Shown piece by piece: positions 9,649-20,048 of a stretch of 64,000 bases of DNA; position 1 is the first letter of the stretch; the number at the start of each line of letters is the position of its first letter. This DNA comes from Spirochaetia bacterium (GTDB taxonomy: Bacteria; Spirochaetota; Spirochaetia; SZUA-6; Bin103). The notes below the pieces were generated by a model, which searched no databases, was not told where the DNA came from, and saw only the letters and a list, made by a program, of their open reading frames with translations. The DNA lies in NCBI GenBank assembly GCA_965208575.1, contig CBDBOV010000001.1, positions 32,001-96,000 on the forward strand. Direction: 5' to 3'. Both the position numbers and the translations under genes were made by a program.

Positions 9649-10224
9649 CTACAGGCGGTCGAGCACGCTGCCCGCCGAGTGCGAGTCGGTGCAGCGGGCG
9701 CTGATTCCCAGCCGGTCGCGTGCTTCGCCGACCGGCGTGGTGGTGTAGGAGCCGGCGCCCCACGCGCGGTCCAGCAGCGGCGCCAGCACGGCCAGCAGGC
9801 GGGTGCGCGTGGCCTCGTCGTTGGGCGCCAGCGCGCGGTCGTTGACCACCACCTCGCACGCGCTCGCGTCGAAGTGCAGGCTGCCGCTGAACTCCGGCTC
9901 CTGCTCCAGCTTGCTGCACGCGGTGAGCGCGGCCCGGAACGCGTGCGCGGCGGCCTCCGCCGGCTCGGCGTCGTGCCGCGTGCGGCGGTTGTACAGCAGG
10001 CCGAGCCGGCCGCCGCCCTCGTCCAGCCCGTAGATCGCCTCGTGCGCCACCAGCACCACGCCGGGGCCCTCGGGAACGTGCCGGTAGTCGGCGACGTCGA
10101 TCAGCAGGCCCGGCAGCGCCTGCTCCTGGATCCAGCGGTGAAACACCGGGATCGCCTCCGTCAGGTCGATGCCGCCCGCCGCAGGAAACTTGACGTTCAC
10201 GTGCTGCAGCCATCGGTCACTCAT
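9649..10224 (-). CDS. Conserved hypothetical protein downstream of the nitrite/sulfite reductase
   Basis: True coding part of ORF 9649..12246: MSDRWLQHVNVKF...IPVFHRWIQ...LLIDVADYRHVPEGPGVVLVAHEA. GAGGA precedes the ATG at 10224. Confidence 0.8.
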   Translation of the reverse strand: MSDRWLQHVNVKFPAAGGIDLTEAIPVFHRWIQEQALPGLLIDVADYRHVPEGPGVVLVAHEAIYGLDEGGGRLGLLYNRRTRHDAEPAEAAAHAFRAALTACSKLEQEPEFSGSLHFDASACEVVVNDRALAPNDEATRTRLLAVLAPLLDRAWGAGSYTTTPVGEARDRLGISARCTDSHSAGSVLDRL

Positions 10225-10253
10225 GTCCTGATCCTCTTCTCGTCCGGCCCGAC

Positions 10254-12539
<2,286 letters not shown>

Positions 12540-12741
12540 AGAACCATAATGGGTAGCAGGAAATGCCGCGAACGTCAACGTCTGCCGCATCGCGTTGACG
12601 CCGCGCGAACCCGAGACGACGATTGCTGAGATCGTCGCTGTCGCATCCCGCGGCGGCCCGGTACGATCATGGTCCGAACAAGCCGACCGGCGGACGATGT
12701 CTGGCCATCGATTTGATAGTATTCCATGTCACGGAGTGGCT

Positions 12742-13590
12742 GTGCAGACTCATGTGCGTCTATGGGCGCTGTCAGACTTGCATGTCTCGTATCGGGAAAA
12801 CCGGGAGGCGCTCGATGGGTTGCCGGCCTTCCCGGACGACTGGCTGATCCTGGCCGGCGACGTTACCCACGGCGCCGACGGACTCGACTGGTGCCTTCGG
12901 CGGCTCACCGCGAAGTTCCGCCAAGTAGTCTGGGTTCCCGGCAACCACGATCTGTGGACCGTCCCGCGGGCGGCTCCGCGGCTCGGCGGCGTTGCGCTCT
13001 ACGAGCGGCTGGTCGGGATTGCGCGCAGCCGCGGTGTTCTGACCCCGGAGGATCCCTACCCGGTGGTCGAACATCGCGACGGACCGGTCCTGGTGGTGCC
13101 GCTGTTCCTGCTCTACGATTACAGCTTCCGGCCCGCGCACGTGCGGCGTGACGAGGTGGTGTCGTGGGCGCGGGAGGAGAGCGCCGTCTGCTCCGATGAA
13201 GTGATGTTGCATCCCGCCCCCTATCCGGATCGCGACTCGTGGTGCGCCGCCCGCTGCGAGGACGCCGCCGCACGGCTCGCCGCGTATCCGGCGGCCCTTC
13301 CCAAGGTGCTGGTCAACCACTACCCGCTCGAAGAACAGCACGCCGTGCTGCCGCGGATACCCCGCTTCACGCCCTGGTGCGGGACGCGGCGCACGCGCGG
13401 CTGGCACCGCCGCTTTGGCGCGTGCGCGGTGGTGTACGGCCACCTCCACATCCGCGCCACCCGGTGGCTGGACGGGGTGCCGTTCCAGGAGGTGTCCCTG
13501 GGCTATCCGCGGCAGTGGGACCGCCGGCGCGGCATCGGCGCCTACCTGCGCGAGGTGACCCTGGCGCCCCGCGGGGCGGCTCCGCGGTGA
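12742..13590 (+). CDS. Metallophosphoesterase, PptH (Rv2795c)-like phosphopantetheinyl hydrolase
   Basis: LWALSDLH, AGDV, WVPGNHDLW, LFLLYDYSF, NHYPL, WCGT, YGHLH, EVSLGYPRQW. Start uncertain (12736-12754). Confidence 0.85.
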   Translation: MQTHVRLWALSDLHVSYRENREALDGLPAFPDDWLILAGDVTHGADGLDWCLRRLTAKFRQVVWVPGNHDLWTVPRAAPRLGGVALYERLVGIARSRGVLTPEDPYPVVEHRDGPVLVVPLFLLYDYSFRPAHVRRDEVVSWAREESAVCSDEVMLHPAPYPDRDSWCAARCEDAAARLAAYPAALPKVLVNHYPLEEQHAVLPRIPRFTPWCGTRRTRGWHRRFGACAVVYGHLHIRATRWLDGVPFQEVSLGYPRQWDRRRGIGAYLREVTLAPRGAAPR

Positions 13591-14336
13591 CCGCCGCCGC
13601 CGGCGCCTGGTGGACACCGTGGCACGAGGCCGGGGAGTCGCTCATCCTGCACCTGGACCTCCGACCCCACGCGGGCCGCGAACGACGGGCGCTCGCGCTG
13701 CTCGACGAACACGAGCAGGCGCGCTGCGACAAGTTCCTGGCCAGCGGCTCGCGGCGCCGGTTCGTGCTGTGCCGCGCGGCGCTCCGGATAAACCTGTGCG
13801 ACCGGCTCGGGTGTGCCAACCGCGAACTGTCGTTCGGCTATCTCGAGCACGGCAAGCCGTACGCGCGAGTGAACGGGGAGGCGCCGGAGCGCGGGCCATC
13901 CTTCGATGTGAGCCACGGTTGCAATGAGTGCCACTTCAATGTGAGCCACAGCGGCGAGCACGGGCTGATCGGGTTCGCGAGCCAGGAGGCGTTCGGCGTG
14001 GACCTGGAGGTGCGCACTCCCGGCCGCGACTTCGACGGCATCGGGGCCGTGGTTTTCGGTCCACGCGAACGGCGCGCCCTGTCGGCCGCCGCCGGCACCG
14101 CCAAGGCGCACCTGTTCTACCGGCTGTGGAGCCTGAAGGAGGCGCTCATCAAGGCCCTGGGCACCGGCTTCTCGCTGGATCCGTCCCGCTTCGAGGTGCC
14201 GCGGTCGATGCTCGAGGGCGAACGGTCCGCGCTGTTTCGCTTCCCGCACCTGCCGGCCGACCGCTTCCGGCTCGAGGATCTGGGCGAGTCCCGGTTCGCC
14301 GCCGCGCGCGCCTGCCGGTTTCCGGGACCAGGCTGA
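13587..14336 (+). CDS. 4'-phosphopantetheinyl transferase (Sfp type)
   Basis: HGKP, FNVSHS, GVDLE, FYRLWSLKEALIKALGTG. The GTG start overlaps the upstream TGA. Confidence 0.9.
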   Translation: MTAAAGAWWTPWHEAGESLILHLDLRPHAGRERRALALLDEHEQARCDKFLASGSRRRFVLCRAALRINLCDRLGCANRELSFGYLEHGKPYARVNGEAPERGPSFDVSHGCNECHFNVSHSGEHGLIGFASQEAFGVDLEVRTPGRDFDGIGAVVFGPRERRALSAAAGTAKAHLFYRLWSLKEALIKALGTGFSLDPSRFEVPRSMLEGERSALFRFPHLPADRFRLEDLGESRFAAARACRFPGPG

Positions 14337-14433
14337 GCGCGTTGGTCGCGCGCCTGCCGGTTTCCGGGAGCGGGCTGAGCGGGCTGGTCGCGCGCCTGCC
14401 GGCTGCCGGGAGCGTGCTGAGCGGGCTGGGCGC
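14303..14433. repeat. 42-bp tandem repeat, 3 copies, derived from the PPTase 3' end
   Basis: CCTGCCGG recurs at 14311, 14353 and 14395 within GCGCGCCTGCCGG...GCTGAGCG units. Confidence 0.8.
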
Positions 14434-14477
14434 GTTGCTCGCGGGGTGGGATTTGCCTATCTTTGCGGCTCCCAATC

Positions 14478-16415
14478 ATGGCTACATCCGAGACTACGCT
14501 CGAGCGCGAGGCACCCGCCGCCGGCGCGCTGGCCACCTGGTGGCGGCTGCGGCTGCCCGCCGACGTGGTGGCGACCCTGGAGGCATCGCCCGAGGTGCTG
14601 GTGCCGCGCAGCCGCAACCAACTCATCAAGCTGTCACTCGGCGACAACGTCGAGAACATAGACAACGGCGACTCCCAATTCGAGGTGGCGTACGACGTGC
14701 CCGGCCGCGGCCGCGTGCTCGAGGCCACGGTGACCCGCTGCCGCAACGGCGTGGCGGTGAACTACACCGAGCCCTACATGCGCCGCCGCGACCCCGACTG
14801 CATGGTGGTGGCCGACGAGGGCCCGTCCGAAAAGCCGCGCTTCGTGGACCGCTTCGACACCTCGTTCGCGCCCGTGCGCCGCGACATCCTGGCCTGGCTT
14901 GGCGCCCAGGAGCTGATTGCCCTGCCGTTCGTGTCGGGCAGCCCCGAGTTCGGCTACGACTCGCTGCTGATCGCCCCCAAGAACGCGGCCTTCTTCGCCG
15001 CCGCACTCGCCGACCTGCAGGGCATGCTGCCCGGTGTCGACATCGAAGACGGCTTCACGCCGCGCGCCATCATCTTCCTGGCGCCGCCGTTCCGCCACAC
15101 GCACTGCGGTGGGCGGCAGGTGGTGGTGCACAATCGCATGGCCGAGTTGCACGAGATTCACTCCCTCAACCTGTATCCCGGCCCGAGCGCCAAGAAGGGC
15201 GTGTACGGTGTGCTGCTCACCATCGGCGAGAGCGAGGGCTGGATCACCGCGCACGGCTCGACGGTGGAGGTGGTGACCCCGTACGACAACATCGTCACCA
15301 TCATGCACGAGGGCGCAAGCGGCGGCGGCAAGAGCGAGATGCTCGAGCACGTGCAGCGGCAGGAGGATGGCCGCCTGCTGCTCGGCGAGAACACGGTGAC
15401 CGGCGAGCGCCGCTTCCTGGCCATGGGCCAGACCTGCGCGCTGCGCCCGGTGACCGACGACATGGCGCTGTGCCACCCCGAGCTGCGCTCCGGCAGCGGC
15501 CACCTGGCGGTAATGGACGCCGAGGACGCCTGGTTTCTGCGCGTCAACCACATCGACGGCTACGGCGTCGACCCCTCCTACGAGCGCCTGTCGATCCACC
15601 CGCCGGAACCGCTGCTGTTCATGAACATGGCGGCGACGCCGGGCGCCACCTGCCTGATCTGGGAGCACGTCGAGGACGAGCCGGGCGTGCCGTGCCCCAA
15701 CCCGCGCGTCATCGTGCCGCGCCGCATGGTGGCCGGCATCGTGGACGATCCGGCGACGGTGGACGTGCGCAGCTTCGGCATCCGCACGCCGCCGTGCACG
15801 GCGGACCACCCCAGCTACGGGATCGCCGGCCTGCTGCACGTGCTGCCGCCGGCGCTGGCCTGGCTGTGGCGCCTGGTGGCGCCGCGCGGTTACTCCAATC
15901 CGAGCATCACCAACAGCAGCGGCCTGTCGAGCGAGGGCGTCGGCTCCTACTGGCCGTTCGCCACCGGGCGGCGCGTGGTGCAGGCCAACCTGCTGCTGCG
16001 CCAGATCCGCAACACGCCGGCCACCCGCTTCACGCTCACCCCCAACCAGCACGTCGGCGCCTGGCGCACCGGGTTCATGCCGCAGTGGCTGGCGCGCGAG
16101 TACCTGGCGCGGCGCAGCGGCGCGCGCTTCCGGCCCGACCAACTGATCCCGGCGCGCTGCCCGCTGCTCGGCTACGCGCTGCGCTCGATGCAGATCGAGG
16201 GTGCCCTGATCCCGCAGGAACTGCTGCAGGTGGAGGCGCAGGCGGAGGTCGGCACGGCGGGCTACGACGCCGGCGCCGCCGAGCTGAGCGAGTTCTTCGC
16301 CGACACCCTGCGCCCCTATCTGCGCGAGTCGGACCTGGAGCCGCTCGGGCGCGACATCATCGAGGCCGCCCTCGACGGCTGCGACCTGGAGCAGCTCGCC
16401 GCGTTCGACCTCTGA
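14478..16415 (+). CDS. DUF4914-family protein (P-loop, PEP-carboxykinase-like)
   Basis: VNYTEPYMRRRDPD, NLYPGPSAKKGVYG, IMHEGASGGGKSEM, PVTDDMA, CPNPRV. Confidence 0.85.
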   Translation: MATSETTLEREAPAAGALATWWRLRLPADVVATLEASPEVLVPRSRNQLIKLSLGDNVENIDNGDSQFEVAYDVPGRGRVLEATVTRCRNGVAVNYTEPYMRRRDPDCMVVADEGPSEKPRFVDRFDTSFAPVRRDILAWLGAQELIALPFVSGSPEFGYDSLLIAPKNAAFFAAALADLQGMLPGVDIEDGFTPRAIIFLAPPFRHTHCGGRQVVVHNRMAELHEIHSLNLYPGPSAKKGVYGVLLTIGESEGWITAHGSTVEVVTPYDNIVTIMHEGASGGGKSEMLEHVQRQEDGRLLLGENTVTGERRFLAMGQTCALRPVTDDMALCHPELRSGSGHLAVMDAEDAWFLRVNHIDGYGVDPSYERLSIHPPEPLLFMNMAATPGATCLIWEHVEDEPGVPCPNPRVIVPRRMVAGIVDDPATVDVRSFGIRTPPCTADHPSYGIAGLLHVLPPALAWLWRLVAPRGYSNPSITNSSGLSSEGVGSYWPFATGRRVVQANLLLRQIRNTPATRFTLTPNQHVGAWRTGFMPQWLAREYLARRSGARFRPDQLIPARCPLLGYALRSMQIEGALIPQELLQVEAQAEVGTAGYDAGAAELSEFFADTLRPYLRESDLEPLGRDIIEAALDGCDLEQLAAFDL

Positions 16416-16422
16416 TAACCCG

Positions 16423-16971
16423 CTACGGCGGCGGCGCGAGCGGCGGCCCGTCGAACACGCCGGCGGCGTGCTGCCGCGCCAGCCGGCGGTAGGCGGCCAC
16501 GATGCGCGTCACGTAGGCGCGCTCGGCGTCGCTGACCGGACGCATCACGCGCGCCGGCACGCCCGCCACCATCATGCCGGGCGCCACCCGCTCGCCGGGC
16601 CGCACCACCGCCCCGGCCGCCACCAGGCAGCCTTCGCCGAGCACGGCGCCGTCCAGCACCGTGGCGCCGATGCCGATCAGGCAGCCGTCGCCCACCACCC
16701 GGCAGTGCACGCACACCTGGTGGCCCATCACCACGTCGTCGCCAATTTCCAGGTCCTCGCCGCTGCGCGTGTGCAGCATCGCCTGGTCCTGGATCGAGCA
16801 GCGCGCGCCCACCCGAATCGCCGCCACGTCGCCGCGAATGCAGGCGAACGGCCACACGCTGGTGTCGGCGCCCAGCCGCACGTCGCCCACCACCACCGCG
16901 CTCGCGGCCACGTACGCATCGTGCACGCGGCGCATGCACGCCGTCCCGCCGGGAAAGTTCAGCTTCTCCAT
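16423..16971 (-). CDS. Gamma carbonic anhydrase family protein
   Basis: Hexapeptide repeats (VVGDVRLG, IRGD, SIQDQAMLH, MGHQVCVH, CLIGIGATVLDGA, VAGVPARVMR) with three His ligands. Confidence 0.9.
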   Translation of the reverse strand: MEKLNFPGGTACMRRVHDAYVAASAVVVGDVRLGADTSVWPFACIRGDVAAIRVGARCSIQDQAMLHTRSGEDLEIGDDVVMGHQVCVHCRVVGDGCLIGIGATVLDGAVLGEGCLVAAGAVVRPGERVAPGMMVAGVPARVMRPVSDAERAYVTRIVAAYRRLARQHAAGVFDGPPLAPPP

Positions 16972-18704
16972 CACCCTCTCATGGTGAGCCCCGCACGACG
17001 GCGTGTCGAGGCGATGGGCGTGAGGGTGACCGAGACTTGGGTGAAGTAGATCTCGGTCCGGCCCTCGAAGCCCGAGTCGACGCCAAACAACACCCAGGCT
17101 CGTCCATCTGCCGAAATCGAGACCGGTGACGGCGGCGACTTGGCGCCGAATGACTTCAGTTCCCACCGACGCAGCTGCCCGCACATCGTGGAGTTGGCGA
17201 CGTCGCCGAGCACCACCGCCTGGGTGCCGCTGTTGGCCTGGATGCCGATATCGATGTTCATGCGCTGGTAGCCGTCGTCATTCACGGAAAGCGGTTCGGT
17301 CGCGGTGGCGCCGGCCTTGACCCAGACGCTTTCGCCCGGTGCGCCGCCGGCACCGGCGCACCGGGCCGGTACATTGGTCGCGATTTCCGCGCTTACGGTG
17401 ACGGTGTAGCGTACACCGCGAGCCAGCCCGTCGATCGGCCCCTTGAAGAACATGAACAGATCGTCGCTACGGTTGGTTGCGCCGATGAACAGGGCGGACT
17501 GCTGCTCCAGCGGGGACGGGAGCGTGCGGTAATCGGAGGTCAGCTCGTAGATATGTGCCTGTGACGGCCGATACTCGGCGAAGCCGGCGACGAAACCGTG
17601 AGATCCACTACTGAAGTCGAAGTCGAAGATGAACTTGCCGGTCTTGTCCGTCCTGCCCGTCACGGTCTTTTCCGCCACAGTAACGGTTGCCGTGCCACTG
17701 ATTCCGCCCGCGTCACGAGCCGTGACCACGGCCGTTCCGGCCTTGACCGCCGTCGCCGTGGCGGTGACACCCGTTTCGCCCCCCGCGTCCGCACCCTCGA
17801 CCGTCGCTACCTCCGAATCGCTCGTGGTCCAGTAGATCGTGCGTCCTTCTATCGCGTGTCCGTTCGCGTCCCTGACCGTGGCACTCAGCGTGTCGGTCTC
17901 ATCAACCGCCAGGCTTATCGAATTCGGCGAAACTTCCAGCGACGTCGCTTGCTGGTAGGCGGTCACTTGCAGACTGGCTGTCCTTGCATCGGTCGAGGAC
18001 AAGTCAATCCGCATGTTCCCGGCCTTGGTCATCGTGACCTCCAGACCGTCATCCACCTTCTTGATAGCGCAACACGGTCCTTCGACGGGATAGATGCTAG
18101 TCCAAGCGAATGCTGCGTCGGTGTCCTCGTCGCCGTTCTCGTCCAGGATCCGGACGGTCACCGTCTCGGACGTGCCCAACGCCTTGAACGTCAGCGAGCG
18201 CGGTGAAACGTCCACTCGCCGCTGCGGGGCCACGACATCCACCTTCACCGACGCAGAGCAGTTGTCGGTCGTGTCGGACTCGTCCGCCACCGCATCCACG
18301 CACGCACCGTAGTAGTAGGTCCCGGCACTCGACGGTGCCGTCAATTCGACTGACACGCTCGCGCTCCCCAAAGCGGCTATCCTCCGTACCGCACTCGTAC
18401 CAACTTCCGTGTCGGCGGTGGAGACTGTCGTGTCGGCCGACCGGTAGTAGCGGAGCGTCGTGGACGCCGACGCTCCGTTCCCAAGGTTCCGCACGCTCGC
18501 CCGCAACGTGAAAGGCTCTCCCGGTACCAGGCTGCCATCGCTCAACGAACGTGCCTCGACCACCAGGTCCGGGAGTTCGCGCTGACGCTCCGGCGACGTG
18601 CGCCGCGGACTGCTGCAAGTTACCAACGAAGCGCCGATGGTTGCCACAAGGGAGATGGCTGCTATCCGCCGTGTCATATCACTCAGGAACATGCACTGCT
18701 GCAT
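16971..18704 (-). CDS. Secreted/lipoprotein with CARDB and Ig-like (Big_2) domains plus a C-terminal beta domain
   Basis: PDLVV..VRNLG..TTLRYYRS..YYYGACVDAVADESDTTDNCS; SLEVSP..ATVRDANG..WTTSDSEVATV. AGGAGG 7 nt before ATG 18704. Confidence 0.8.
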   Translation of the reverse strand: MQQCMFLSDMTRRIAAISLVATIGASLVTCSSPRRTSPERQRELPDLVVEARSLSDGSLVPGEPFTLRASVRNLGNGASASTTLRYYRSADTTVSTADTEVGTSAVRRIAALGSASVSVELTAPSSAGTYYYGACVDAVADESDTTDNCSASVKVDVVAPQRRVDVSPRSLTFKALGTSETVTVRILDENGDEDTDAAFAWTSIYPVEGPCCAIKKVDDGLEVTMTKAGNMRIDLSSTDARTASLQVTAYQQATSLEVSPNSISLAVDETDTLSATVRDANGHAIEGRTIYWTTSDSEVATVEGADAGGETGVTATATAVKAGTAVVTARDAGGISGTATVTVAEKTVTGRTDKTGKFIFDFDFSSGSHGFVAGFAEYRPSQAHIYELTSDYRTLPSPLEQQSALFIGATNRSDDLFMFFKGPIDGLARGVRYTVTVSAEIATNVPARCAGAGGAPGESVWVKAGATATEPLSVNDDGYQRMNIDIGIQANSGTQAVVLGDVANSTMCGQLRRWELKSFGAKSPPSPVSISADGRAWVLFGVDSGFEGRTEIYFTQVSVTLTPIASTRRRAGLTMRG

Positions 18705-18834
18705 CCGGTGGCCTCCTGAAAGCCGCTCTCGGGAACTGGGCCCTGGCAACGGTAATCTGAGTGTCTCCGCTCGGCAAGGTGCGCATTGGCTCATCGAAAT
18801 CTGACCGTAGCGCAAGCATGCTCGCCCATGGCTT

Positions 18835-19025
18835 GGCCCTCCTGTTCGCCCTCGCCGGCAAGCACCTGCCCGGATCGGTCAAGCTTGCGCCCACCGCCGC
18901 CGGCATGCAGGTGGCGGCCTGGCTCGCGCGCGGCGCCGACGACCGCGCGATTGCCGAAGCGGGCCGCCGCGCCGGCATTGCGCTGCGTCCGCTATCCCCC
19001 TACTGGGTAGGCCCGGGCGCCCGTC
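18835..19025 (+). pseudogene. Diverged 191-bp copy of the 3' part of the MocR regulator gene (21296..21486)
   Basis: Direct comparison by eye: gap-free, about 22 mismatches. Confidence 0.85.
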
Positions 19026-19057
19026 AGGTCGGAGAGCCGACCGCGGGCGCGCCCCCG

Positions 19058-19927
19058 CTACTGTGTCCGGACCGACGAGTTCCGCCGGGCGCGCAATCGG
19101 AACCGCGTGCGGATACCTGATCGCGGCTCCGAGCCCGCGCGCGGGCGTGATCCGGCGCGGCCCCGACCGGGGTGCTCTGCCACCAGGTAGCTCGGCGGCG
19201 CGATCCGAGCGCGCAGCGAGGCGTCGTCGCTCTCGGGTGCGCCGGCGACGGTGCGCAGCGGTACCACGCCGCCCCAGAACGGCAGCAGGTAGTCGTCCTT
19301 GTCATCGGCGGGCGGACCGGTGCGCACCTTGGCGGACACCTCTTCGAGCGGGAACTCCAGCACCGAGGTGACGTCCAGCTCCTTCGCCGCCGGCGCGCGA
19401 ACGTCGCCGGTACGGCCCGGAATGAGACGCTCCACCAGCGCGTCGAGCGCCAATCGCTTGCGCGCGCCGGTGACCGCGTGGCCCGTAGCATGTATCACCA
19501 CGCAGCGATAGTTCATCGATGAATGGAACACCGACCGCGCCACCACCAGGCCGTCGAGATGGGTAACCGTGATGCACGCCGGTGCACCGGTTGCGAGCGC
19601 CTGCAGCATGGCGCTGTTGCGGTTGCCGTGCACGTATACGCACTCGTCGATGCGGGCGATCGCCGTGGGCAATACGCGCGGCCATCCGTCGACCACGTAG
19701 CCGACGTGGCACACCAGCGCCGCGTCGATTATGGCGTGCACGGTGCCGCGATCGTACACTGCGCGCTTGGCAACCCGGCGTACCCGGCTGCGCCCGGTAG
19801 GGGCGTAGGTGTTCCCGTCGATCGTCGGTTCCGGATTGGCCGACTCGTGTTTCGGATTGGCGGACTCGTGCTGCGGCGCGGCGGAGCGCCCGGAGACCGG
19901 TGCGACAGAGGCAATCAGCGTGCTCAT
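19058..19927 (-). CDS. Pyridoxamine 5'-phosphate oxidase-family flavin-nucleotide-binding protein
   Basis: RAVYDR..HAIID..CHVG, VTHLDGLVVARSVFHSSMNYR, SAKVRTGPP..WGGVVP. Confidence 0.88.
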   Translation of the reverse strand: MSTLIASVAPVSGRSAAPQHESANPKHESANPEPTIDGNTYAPTGRSRVRRVAKRAVYDRGTVHAIIDAALVCHVGYVVDGWPRVLPTAIARIDECVYVHGNRNSAMLQALATGAPACITVTHLDGLVVARSVFHSSMNYRCVVIHATGHAVTGARKRLALDALVERLIPGRTGDVRAPAAKELDVTSVLEFPLEEVSAKVRTGPPADDKDDYLLPFWGGVVPLRTVAGAPESDDASLRARIAPPSYLVAEHPGRGRAGSRPRAGSEPRSGIRTRFRLRARRNSSVRTQ

Positions 19928-20004
19928 CGATACCCTCCAGCTCGCCGCGCCGCGGGCTGCGGCGCGGCGGATGGTTGTCAGAGTGCTCCCGTTTTGATAC
20001 TAGA

Positions 20005-20047
20005 GAAAGGTCCAATATGGACAATTTTATGGGGCCATTAGGAGGCG
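20005..20047. promoter_or_regulatory. Putative MocR operator in the divergent promoter region
   Basis: AT-rich GTCCAATATGGAC (inverted GTCCA/TGGAC) followed by TATGGGGCCATT and the AGGAGG RBS. Confidence 0.45.
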
Positions 20048-20048
20048 C

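Noticed and set aside
19833-19872. HESANP duplication in the flavin-binding protein N-terminus as a functional motif
   Set aside because: Simple 21-bp duplication in a probably disordered extension.
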